Origin: Camelus dromedarius
Taxonomy: Eukaryota
DNA: 64,000 nucleotides
Assembly (NCBI RefSeq): GCF_036321535.1
Contig: NC_087436.1
Span: 49,912,001-49,976,000, forward strand
Direction of reading: 5' to 3'
Under the pieces are notes generated by a model that saw only the letters and a program-made list of their open reading frames with translations, did no database searches and had not been told where the DNA came from. How positions within the stretch are numbered: the first letter of the stretch is position 1; each line of letters opens with the position of its first letter. The translations under genes and the position numbers were made by a program. This document shows positions 34,057 through 45,622 of this stretch, in pieces.

Positions 34057-36614
34057 ACGGGAGTCTTAGTTTTTCCCCTGGTTTTCTTTTGTTATTTGTT
34101 TTTGTTTTTGTCTTTATGAGACTTATTGAAAAAACAATAAAGTACCTTCCTTAAGGGCAGGATTTAGTCTTGCCTTCCTAGCATCCATCAAATAAAATGG
34201 AGGCTTTAGATTTTATCACTGTAAGTTATAGAATACAATGTTACAATTACAGAATATTAAGTTATAATGGTACATTTCACACATATTTAAAACTTTCAAA
34301 GCTTGGCATGTTAATATAAAGTCTAAGGATCCTGCCAAAGCAACCCCTCCATCATGTCACAGAAGCATGGTCTCTTATGACTGTCGAGCTGGAGGGTTCC
34401 TGGGCATGGCTCCCAGACTCTCCTTTTTGACTTTTCCCTAGTGGATCTTATAATTTAAGATAAATAGTCTACTAATAAGTAATAGAAGGAGTGGACTTAT
34501 GCCAAACTAACACTGAAAATAATCTGGTTTGGGGAGCTTTGAAGAGATCCAGAACCCTGGGTTTAGAAGAGTCAAACTGAATGCTTGCTCCCATTGAGTT
34601 CTCTCACTTGAATTGATCTCCATGGCTGCTCTCATCTCTACTGAACAGTGAACTGCATCTGGATCTAAGCCTCTTTTCCTAGATTTTCTCACCAAAGGTC
34701 ACACTCAAGGCATTTGTGTATGTAGCAGAGGGTGTTAAAAGTTTTCAAAGGGGCTATAATCATAACAGTTAAAACTCCTTAATATCAAATAGCAGACATC
34801 TTTGTTCTTAAAATATCCTTTGGCCATGAACCACTGGTAGTTTCTCAGTGACAAATTTCCTCCGCAGACTCTGGGTACATAATTTGTAATTTAGTTCCCT
34901 TTCACTCTCCCCTCTCCTCAATTTTTGTTTCCTCTGGTATTTTGTTTTTATTGTGAACTCACATGATTCATGATATAATTTATAGAAGTCTATGAGAACT
35001 GGGTTTTAACTGTGCCTTTCCCAGGATGATATTTTCATGATTGGTGTTGAGGGGCCATCAATCCATGACCATTTTAAATTAAATTTTAAATGGGCTTCTC
35101 CAGGTCATGTGATTTGTGAGCATTTGAAACCCACACTCTTACTTCTAAGACATAGTATTTTTACGCACTCAAATATGAGGCTGAACTAGTCAGTTCCCTT
35201 GCATCTACCTTTGTGCGCAGATAATTTTCCTGTCCATCCTTTTACTTTAAATCCTTGGGCTCTTTATGGGACTCCCTGGTCCAGCTCTTCGGTGTGCGTG
35301 GGTAGAGACCATGTGTCTTCTCTCCGGGTGCGCATTCAAACCCAGGACTCTAGATTAGAGGGACCTGGCCAGCTCCACCAGGGAAGCCGCCAGCTTTAGC
35401 GCCTGCTTTGACGAATGCAGTCAGGCTTTCATTTCATTTCTGTCTTCTCTGAGAGCTCGCTTATTACTTGCCAGCTTTTAAGAAAATTAAAAGTATGTCT
35501 TTCAGCCAGTTTTGTTTTGTATTTTATGCTTTGTAGACTGAGAGTTTTCAGGATATCTACTATGTTTCCAGAAGTTCCCACCACCCCACCTCCTTCTCTC
35601 ACTCACCACCAGTTTCTGTTCATTTCATAGGCAGAGCTGTTCAGTTTTCGTTTTTGTGGGGAGTCATATTTGAATATGGTGACTATTGTAAATATTTCTT
35701 CTGGGCCTTAACTTTTCTGCACAAAGAAGCCTAAATGGGGTCTTATTTTAAGCAAAGACAATTTTGGCTTTAAAAGAGATGTCTGTGATCTATTAAAATG
35801 CTATTTCTTCTTACTACTATATTATGTATTCTAAATTTTGCCCGTAAAATTAACATTGGCAAGTAGTGGTAATTTTGCTGTTTGGTTTTTCATTTAGAAG
35901 GATTTTTTTTAAAAGTATTTATAAATGGACTCATCATTTTGGGGACTTATTTTCTTTCATCTTTCTGGTGTCAGAATTGGCCAGCCCTTGCTGGGGCTCA
36001 CACCCAGTTGTCAGAATCAGTGCTGTTTCAAGTGTGATCTGTTTTGGGTATCTGGTAATTAAAGTACAGAAATAAAGTGATTAGAAATTTTTATAATTTG
36101 ACATTGCAGAAACATCCAAACATATGGTGTATGAACAAATCTTACTGAGCATGACATAGCCAGGCTGTGCTGATGGCAAATTTATGTAATAATTTGTTTT
36201 TGGTGAAATGATAGGCACGCATTCATTCATACCAGTTCATTCCAGTCCATGCAAAATGACGGTGGTGAGATAAAAACCAGTCCTTTATAAGAGAGTTTGA
36301 GAAGAACTGGTCTAACTAATAATGGATATTTTATACCTTCAAATGTATTCAGATAGTTTTTGCTGGGGATATATTCAGTTATTTAGAATATATCAGTGAT
36401 ACGGTCCAATTTTAGATTTGTTTTCTGAGTGGCCAATGTCTTTGATGTGAAATTGTACATCTACGCCTCTTATGTGCGTACCACGTGAAGGAATGAACAA
36501 AAATTCAAGTTACAAACGTACGTACATCTCTTGAAGTACCTGTACCACCATCAGCTGGTAATAGGTGCTATTACGCTCGGCAAAGGTAGCATAAAAGTTG
36601 TCACCATTGAAGAG

Positions 36615-36800
36615 TCGGTAAAGTTTGGGAGTTGAAAATCCGAGCTCCGAAACAAGAATGCCTAGTTTTAATCCCAAGTTCCATCAGTTAGCAGCTGTGT
36701 GATATTGGCTAAATTACTTAAACTTTCCAAGCCTCACTTTCTTGTCTATATAATAAAGATCATGGTAGTGGTCCCATATCATCAATTTGTTTGGAAAAAA
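36615..36800 (+). mobile_element. MIR fragment
   Basis: 'ttttaatcccaagttccatcagttagcagctgtgtgatattggctaaattacttaaactttccaagcctcactttctt'. Confidence 0.8.
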
Positions 36801-37129
36801 ATCTCAGTAAATGTTGTCGTCATCATTTTTGTTACTGTTTCCTGGACTTAGAACAGAGAGAAGACTGCTATGCTCATTCACGTGTCTATCCAGCATGCAC
36901 ATACTATTTTTTGAGCTTTAATAGTGGGTGAAAAAATGCAAGCGTGCAAGTTTTTTTTTTAATTGAAGTATAGTCAGTTAGTGTGTGGGTTTTAAATATG
37001 TACTTTTACTCTCTTCTTAATTTTCTTAAGCTAACAGCTTTTTTTCCCCCTGGCTCCTAACTCTTATCCAATAAGCTCTCTGTATCTTTGTTCACCCCAG
37101 TTTTCAAATATTCTTGCTTGTCATCAGCC

Positions 37130-37260
37130 TTTATACAACAAACATTTATTAAGCACTTTCTAGGTGCCAGGCAGTTTTATTGGCTCTCGGCATAAAGAAG
37201 GGAATCAAAAACTGTTTCAGTTTTCAAGAAGTTTACGATTTAGTTTGGGTTATCACATAT
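37130..37260 (-). mobile_element. LINE-2 3' end
   Basis: 'caacaaacatttattaagcactttctaggtgccaggca'. Confidence 0.8.
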
Positions 37261-37779
37261 GTAATAAAGATGAGTATTGTAAAAGTTATGATAAACATAA
37301 CAATGAGGTAGAGTAAGAGATCAAAAAAGAGAAGTCTCAAAACTCTGTATGAAAGGATTATGAAATAGTCTATAAATCAAGCAATGCTTCAGCTGATTAC
37401 CAATAATGGATGTGGGAAGAGGACTGGGTAACGGAGACCAGGTGAAATATTTGTTAGTAAAGCTAATGTAAATAGGAATAGTTCTGCACAGACATATAGA
37501 AAACACATCTTTTAGAAGAGGAGATTGACGGTGAAAAAGAAAAAAAGCCCCTCGTAGTTAGACCCAAAGCCCTACCGAAATTACATCCCCCAAGTTTTAC
37601 AAGGCAGGAGAGAGATCAGCGTCTGCTCTCAGTATTTCCACCAGACCTGTCTTTTTCAAAAAATCTTTGATTCTCTGTATTCTATTGCCTTCACTTTGCT
37701 GTGGCCAAAGAAACAATCAGGGGAAGAAAATCATCATCAATTTGTTAAATATCACAAAGAGAAAACAAGCTGGTTACTC

Positions 37780-37990
37780 GCTCAGAGTAGTGAAGCAAAG
37801 CAGAGAAACATACCCAGCCACGGAAAGCAGGAGAAAGCCAGTAACTGCTGAACAAGAAGGGCCAGCCCGGGCAGCTGCCGCACAAGGGCTCAGGCATGCG
37901 CAGTCCGCGGGCAGGGCTGCCACACAATGAGCCAGGGGAGCATTTCTGGGTTCAGTTAAGCGACAGGGAAACGCTGAACTAGAAACAGTT
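37780..37990. promoter_or_regulatory. Small CpG-retaining promoter/enhancer candidate with an NRF1-like site
   Basis: GC-rich patch with several CpGs in an otherwise CpG-poor window; GCATGCGCA at about 37894-37902. Confidence 0.45.
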
Positions 37991-39199
37991 CTTACTGAAA
38001 TGAATACTCCTACAGCAAGTTATAAATTGATATGTTTAAATCTACTACTGCATTTCACAACTTAGTTCTGATTTTCTTGCATGTATTTTCAAGAAATAAA
38101 GATAGGACTGGTATAAGCTAGAATTCCTACCATTCACTTTATTCTTCTTTTCCTAAATTTCAATCTCTTAAAGAACTAGATACAGTTAATGCCTTTATTT
38201 CTAATCCACATTGCTAAGGCTAAAGAGAGAAGGCAAAGCTTGTTTATACAAATAAACTAGTTGTTTCCTTTCTTACGTGCTCACTTATTAACCATTAACT
38301 CACCTTTATATTCAGCCTATCAAATACACTTGCACAGACACACACACTGCAACACATAAAAAGGATATATTTTAGACACCCTCAATTAATAACACTACAG
38401 CTAAGTAGTTAATTTAAATTTTTGCCAGGAAGTTTGAAAGAGAGCGAGGTGGGAGGGATACTTGGGTTTCAGCTGTGATTTGTGAAGAATTTCGCTGCCT
38501 ATTGTAAGTCACAGTGGTGTACGGAAAAGGATCCCTCAACGAAAACTGGGTTTTGTGTGACTGACACATACTGCATTTTTAATAACACAGACCGAAATGC
38601 ATTATTCAGAATTTACTGTTGTCCAGCCATTCAGCTCCGCTGTAGGTCTTCATATTTCTAGTAAGTCTGTTGTCTGCAAACGTTCAAATTCTGTTTGTGA
38701 TCAGTGCTATTAGCCAAAACAGTATTTGTCTGCCTGAGTAGATTGCCATGAACTAGCACAAGGATTATCATAGCATATTTCAAAATCGGATAATTATGAA
38801 TCAGTGTGTACTGGGAGCCAGCTCAGTGAATATCTACACATATCTAGCCATTTTGACTTTGTTTTTCCTTTGACTGGGGAGAATGACGTCGCATTCACAC
38901 AAGGGAAGCATTCCATTCCAGGTAACAATGGGTAGGTATGGGTTTTACTTCTTAATAGCAGTAACTGAGCCCTTACAGAGTTTCAGAAATTCTTGAAGCT
39001 CAGGGATGGTATATTGAGAGGTGATGTTATTTATTGTTATTCATTTAAAAATGAATACGTTTTCAATATGAAAGTGTGTTTTCAAGGTCAAACACATATA
39101 CTGTGTGACAACTCAAAACTACCAGAATGTACTGTTGTGGCCAGAGCTAGTTCAATAGCCCATGCTCTTCTAAAATCAATACACATACCATAAAACAAT

Positions 39200-39432
39200 C
39201 GTATGAAATTGAGAATCAGAACGTTTTTACTCAAGATCCAACTCTTGCTACTTGCTGAGTGGGTTTAAGTCATTTATCTGATCTGAGCATCATTTTCTTC
39301 ATCTGTGAATGAGAGGTTATAATAATCCTTACTTCAAAGATTCTGTGAGATTCAAATGAGATAATGTAATACATATGCTTTGTAAGTGATGTTATAAAGC
39401 CTTATCCAAGGGTAAGTTTTATAATTATTGTT
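39200..39432 (+). mobile_element. MIR (MIRb/c) fragment
   Basis: 'aagtcatttatctgatctgagcatcattttcttcatctgtgaatgag...gtgagattcaaatgagataatgta'. Confidence 0.8.
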
Positions 39433-40289
39433 ATTGCCAATGTTTTCATTTTTTATCTCAAATATTTGCTGCTATCACTTTGAAGCAAGCTTGCAAGATC
39501 AAAGTTTGCAATGATTAGCTGTCAGTGACTTAGATTTCCACCTGCCTTATGTTGATAAGTTTGTCAATCTAAACTCATAGAGGAACAGTGTATTAAAAAC
39601 AAGAAAAATAATCAGCACAACTTCAGAATACTTAACTTGGATAGACACAGCTCTTCACACACACACAGGATAACGTGATCTGTAAATGGTTCACATTTGG
39701 TATTTGGTATTTGATATTTGGCATTCTTGCTTATTCCTATTCAAGAATGACCACTCTTCATGATCTAGAATAGTTTGTAATTAGAATAATAATATCTACT
39801 GCATGGGGTTTTGGTGAAGGATAAATGAAGTGATAAAGGCAAAATTCTTACCTTAGTGCAAATCACAATGAAACCTGATAATATGTGTCTAGTATGTGGG
39901 AATCCAATCTCATGAAGTAGGGTAAGAGGCCTCATGAGGAACATAACATACATAGACTCACATGCCCTTCTCTTGAGCGTTCTGATGTGCACAGATCTCC
40001 TTAGTCTATTATTTGGCAGAGCATCAGAATTCAACCAGAAAAACAGACCCATTCCAAGTATGATAAGAATCAGGAATCTAGTGTAAAAATATGAGTTCTA
40101 ATGAATGTGAGAGAAATGGAAAATAAAGACTGTGTCTGTGAGCATCTGTGTTTTATCTGGATTTATTTTTTGTATCCATTAGCAAGATGTGTCCTGTGGT
40201 AATTGCTTCTTCGCTTTATGCCATTTCAGTTTAGGAAATGTTTCATAGAAACGCCCCACTTTCAGATAGATATGGACATTATTTGTGAA

Positions 40290-40700
40290 GGTGTGCAGGG
40301 GATCCTGAAGTGCACTATTCGGATATTCTTTCAGGACCGAGATACGTGTTCTTCCCATTGTGGCAAGGTTTGCCTGTTGACGACTACGACTGTGTCCTTC
40401 TCTGTGAATTGTTCTCAGCAGGATGATATGCGTCACCCTCTTCCCCAGGGAGTATCATATTCAGTAACTGTTTGATGCAAGCGTACAAAGACCTGACCCA
40501 TTTGTACAACTGAGAATAACCCTAACGGGACATCCAAGCTTCAGAACTCCCTGGGGACTGACTGCGTTTGCTGGTACATCTGCACTCTAGCTCCGTTTCA
40601 CCTTCTGCCCAATGCTGTGTCATGGTTGTTGTAACCAGATCTCGCTAATAAATCTGATGCATGCAGATCTCTGGTTTCCTGAAGAAACAGATCTTAACCA
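40290..40700 (+). mobile_element. LTR16-family ERVL LTR fragment
   Basis: 'tcagaactccctggggactgactg', 'ttctgcccaatgctg', 'ctaataaatctgatgcatgcagatctc'. Confidence 0.65.
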
Positions 40701-43249
40701 CATGTCTGTCTTTACCATTAGAGTCTGATCTGTGTTTTTAGAGGGAAAACACATTTCCTTTTTTTCTATGGAATAGTTATTCCGTTTTGGTGCATGCTGT
40801 GATGCAGGCACCATGAGCCATAATTTTTTATTACAACTCTCGAGATAGGTAGCACCATATTTCAGTAATGCTAAGATCCATTGTTTACAAAACGTTTAAT
40901 CAATTTGTATCAGCTATTAAGGATGAAATGTGATTATATAACAGATCACAGCATGTAATAGCCATACAAGTACATACAAATATGTATTTTTATTTTTCAC
41001 TTTTGATTTTTGATTTGAACACTCCTTCGTTGTCAGCATAAACAATTATCTGAATGTGTTCAGCTGTTAGGAGTCATCAGTGACACATTGATGTTCATAA
41101 CTCAGTCCTGTGACTTTGATTTAGCTCCTTTCAGGTAAATAGCAAAATTCAAATGCATATTTAAATGTAGGAGGTTTTCCTTCATTTTTTTATATTGTGA
41201 GACTTGTACAATCGGGTCCTTAATGGAAACAATGCTTTCCCGAAATTTAAACACTGCATCGGAAAAGTCAGATTACTTATATTGGATGAATGAATGAATG
41301 AGTAAATGGATTGATGTGAACTTGAGGGGTTCAAGACAAAATACCATCTAAACATATTTCAGACCAATGCACCATGATGTTTAAGTTCAACTCCCTACAA
41401 CTTTTGAAGAAAAATAATGTCATGGATTGCTGGGGAATCGACAATAGTCTGGTGACACAAAGAAGAGAACAAAGGGTGATAAGTTAAATGCAGTACAGGA
41501 GACATTGAGAAATATGGGCTGAACCAAGAGCAACCTGGCAGGCTAGAGAGGATGGTGTGGATGAAAACATACTGCGATCTACTTACAAGTTTGTGTATAT
41601 TAAATTCAAAAATACAAAAATTAACATATTCACTTGGAAACTCTCTAGGTCATGAAACTTCTAGAAGCATATTTTTAAAATGCATTGGTCACAACTGAAG
41701 GGAAAAAAGAAACAATCATCAGAAACTCATGACTTCACCTCTGGGGATTTAAAAGTTAGCTATTCCAGCAGGAAACTCATGGCCGAGGGTCCTTAGGCAA
41801 TGGCTTGTTTCAAGCTGTGGCAGGACAATATTGCTGGCATTAATCAGGCACGTGTATCACGATGCCTGTACAACTGCTTACGGCCATGAGGCTTTATTTA
41901 AAAAACTATAAATGAACCTTGAGTAAGTATATTTATTTTTTGACTTATTTCAAGTACTTATCACTACAGGGAGATAGTTTCCTAGTAGAATCATTTTACT
42001 ATTTCAACGTGAATTTTAGTAATGATTAGTTTACAAGATGAATTTATGATTCCCAAGAGTTCAATAAAAATAGCTTTGTAAACTTGTCCAAATCTATTTA
42101 TAAACTTTGAATTCAAAATCCATGTAGAAATTTCCTAGGTATGACTACTTGATAATACTGACCAGGAATACTTGTGTGGTCAGGAATATTGTGCAAGAAC
42201 CACGTGTGTCTTTGGTGTAAACAATGGTGTTAAATAGACTATTATAATGTGAAAAAATGTACATATATGGAGATTATTGTCATTTACCATTATTCATATC
42301 TTTATTTTAAATATATTAAATACAACTACTTTTATGTAATTACATATGAATTAATTCAGCAAGGTGTAAAGTAGCTTAGCCAATAAAAAAAGAGTCATTT
42401 CCCTGTTCAGCTTTTAGCAGGATACACACACCTGGTGAGGTGTGTGAGTTACATGAGTTGAATCTGTATTTCTGAGTCTATGTAATATCTGCTAGATCTC
42501 AGAAGATACTTTAATGAGCTGACAAGTTTAAACTGATGGATAAGTGAAGAAAAATGGCATTCAACTCCAGTTGAACGGAGGCATTAGACATGAATGAGGC
42601 AAACCCATCTGATATCACAGTTTGAAATAAAGATTCCAAGTTCATTTCAATTTTTGTCAAAACTTTTCTAGGGTTTGAAATTAATATTTGAACATAAACC
42701 CTAAACAAACATAAATTTGAATCAATTCTCTCCCTAGAAATGCTGGGAGTGGAACTCACTGAAGTTTATATAGGGGTCCTGCCATCCACATACCCCTTTA
42801 TGTGATGAGGAAAATGTGGCCTCTGTGTATGCTTAATCCTTATGTCCTCCAACTAAGGAAAGCATCACCATCACATCATCTTATCAACAACAGCAATGCG
42901 GCAGTAAAATCACTCCAGAAAGGAGAATTCCCCAAAGGTTATGTATCCACTCTCAAAATCAAAGAATATTTTCTAGAGGCTGAAGAAAACATCTTGAATT
43001 TTTCAACTTTATTCTCCCGTGATGCTCACCTACAGACATGAGGAGAATCTTCAGCAATATTACTAGTATCCATAAATAGCCTCACTGCCCGGGAGAATGT
43101 CAAGGATATTGTAGGGACCAGACGAAGCACAGTTATGTGAGAAAGCACCACCATAATGAGCACTGGAAAATCACACACTGTTGGGATATTAACCAGTGCA
43201 TTTCTACATAATCCATTGCCAAGAAAAATGAAAACAGAAATTAGATATC

Positions 43250-44220
43250 TTAATTAAACTTTTTATTTTGAGATAACTGTAGATTCACAGGCAGTTGCAA
43301 GAAACAAAACAGAGGGCCCATGTATCCTTTATTAATATCTAGCAGATATTAAGTATCCCATTTTTTCGTTTTTCTTTTCATCCTTTTATCATGGTCTTTC
43401 TCAGAGCAAAATTTTTGATTTGGATGAGATCCAGTTAATCAATTTTTTTTTTTATGGATTGTGTTTTTGGCATCAAAGAGTAATTTGATAGTGGAGAAAT
43501 CTGATGAACATTATCTCAGCCAGTATATCAAAGTCAGAATCAACAATGGTGAGACATGTGGATAGTATGTATCCTTGCTAATGATGTGATGGAAACTGTA
43601 CTGTATGTCAGTGGTTTTTCTCCTCAGAAAGACATACCCAAGTCTTACGTGAAAAATATCAGATAAATCCCAGTTGGGAGGCATTCCGTCAAATACCTGT
43701 CAAGGTCATCCAAAACAAGGAAAGTCTGAGAAACTGTCACAGCCAGGAGGGATCTAAGGAGACATGACAACTGAATATAATATGGTTCCTAGATGGGATT
43801 ATGGAACAGAAAAGGTGCGTTAGGTAAAACTAAAGAAATATGAATAAAGCATGGACTTTAGTTAATTACAATTAGCTGTACCAAATGTACTACACTAATG
43901 TAAGATATAATAGGGAATTCTAGGTGTGGCTTATGAGAACTCTTGGTACTGCTTTCACAATATATCTGTTAATCTAAAACTGTCCTAATAGAAAAAGTTT
44001 AAGAAATACACATTTTTTTCAGCTCTGTCCACTGAAAATGCCTGGAAACAATGAACAACCCAGTAACAAGAATCACCCTGGTGGCCAGTGGGGTAGGAGT
44101 TATAGATTTAAAAAGTGGGCTGTGTTTTGATAGTTGTTAAAATTGTATGATGAATAAATCAAATCTCCTTTATTAGTCTCTCTACTTTTATTTGTGTTTG
44201 AAAATTCCAAATTTAAAAAT
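43250..44220. mobile_element. Mosaic of L1MC/L1MD fragments (antisense 43250-43480, sense 43480-44220)
   Basis: 'ttgagataactgtagattcacaggcagttg' (antisense 3' end); 'gtcaaggtcatccaaaacaaggaaagtctgagaaactgtcacagcca' (L1MC 3' UTR). Confidence 0.8.
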
Positions 44221-44826
44221 GAAAGAACATGCGTAGACCTCAGAACAGCAATATTGCTGAGTGAGTATTGCCTTCTATGACCTGAGTTAGTTATACCTGG
44301 ACACAGCTGGACCGATGCCACCTGCACATTAAGTAGCTCTAACCCACCATCATCCACCCATTCCTAGGCATGTGGGAGAAACCAACTAGCCTCTCTTAGG
44401 GACAACGACTTGTGAATCAAATTTATTTTGGCCAATGAAATGCCATAGTCACAATAACTTTCAAGGAAGGCATTATATCCAGAGAAGTACTGAAACCTAT
44501 TTCTGTTGGATGGTTTTCTTGGGTAACATTTTATAGAAGCAAAATAATCTTCAAAACTCATCTCTTCCTTTCTATTCTGTAGTCAAAAGTCTTTGCTTTT
44601 TGAACAAAGTGTGTAAGGGCAACGTGCTGTTTTATAAATGTAAACACAGATGGTACCAGGCACAAGATAGGCAAATTGTGATTGATATTTTTTTTGTTGC
44701 TGCAGCCATGTATAAATGTAGACCTCATGGCCGGGGACCATGCTTGCTGAGTGCTGGGATCAATACTCAACATCCTGCGTGAATGCCAATGAGCCCATCA
44801 CAGTTTCTCACTGACTCGTCTTTCTT

Positions 44827-45275
44827 TTTATTGAAGAATAGTTGACTTACAATATAGTGTTAGTTTCAGGTATACAGCAAAACGATTCAATTTTATATAT
44901 ATATTATATTTAGATTATTTCCTTTATAAGTTATTACAAGATATTAAATATATTTGTCTGTGCTATACAGTAAACCCTTATAGTGTATCTATGGTATGTA
45001 TAGTAGTTTGTATCTGTTAATCCCATACTCCTAATGTACCCCTCCACCACTCTCTTTTCCCTTTGGTAACCACAAATTTGTTTCCTATGTCTGTGAGTCT
45101 CTTTCTGTTTTGTATATAGACTCATTTGTATTATTTTTTAGATTCCACATTTAAGTGATATCATATAATATTTATCTTTCTCTTTCTGACTTACTTCACT
45201 CAGTATGATATTCTCTAGTTCCATCCATGTTGCTGCAAATGGCAGTATTTCATTCTTTTTCATGGCTGAGTAATA

Positions 45276-45316
<41 letters not shown>

Positions 45317-45622
45317 TGCCACATCTTCTTAAACCAATTGTCTGTTGTTGGGCACTTGGGTTATTTCCATGTCTTGCCTGTTGTAATCACTGCTGCTATG
45401 AATACTGGGGTGCATGTATCTTTTCAAATTAGAGTTTTTGTTTTCTTCTGAATATATGCCCAGGAGTGGGATTGCTGAATCATATGGTAACTCTATTTTC
45501 AGTTTTTTAAAGAACTTCCATACTGTTTTCCATAGTGGCTGCACCAATTTACATTCCCACCATGTAGGAGGATTCCCTTTTCTCCACACCCTCTCTACCA
45601 TTTATTATTTGTAGACTTTTTG
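44827..45622 (-). mobile_element. Lineage L1 3' end (ORF2 C-terminus and 3' UTR) with TSD
   Basis: Antisense ORF …[35 protein letters not shown]…; TSD TCTCAcTGACTCgTcTTTCTT (44806-44826) / TCTCAtTGACTCtTTTTCTT (45623-45642). Confidence 0.93.
45278..45312 (+). repeat. (CA)n microsatellite inside L1
   Basis: Visible directly in sequence. Confidence 0.95.

Noticed and set aside
38602..38666. Possible + strand exon ending CTA|GTAAGT
   Set aside because: The acceptor is weak (little pyrimidine tract) and no supporting neighbouring exons were found.
39695..39725. (ATTTGGT)n short tandem repeat and similar micro-duplications (8690-8760, 16610-16650, 21851-21871, 53939-53978)
   Set aside because: Ordinary slippage products in AT-rich DNA with no further structure.
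42511..43041. Two ORFs (82 and 79 aa) in non-repeat sequence
   Set aside because: No recognisable homology; such lengths are expected by chance with alternative starts.
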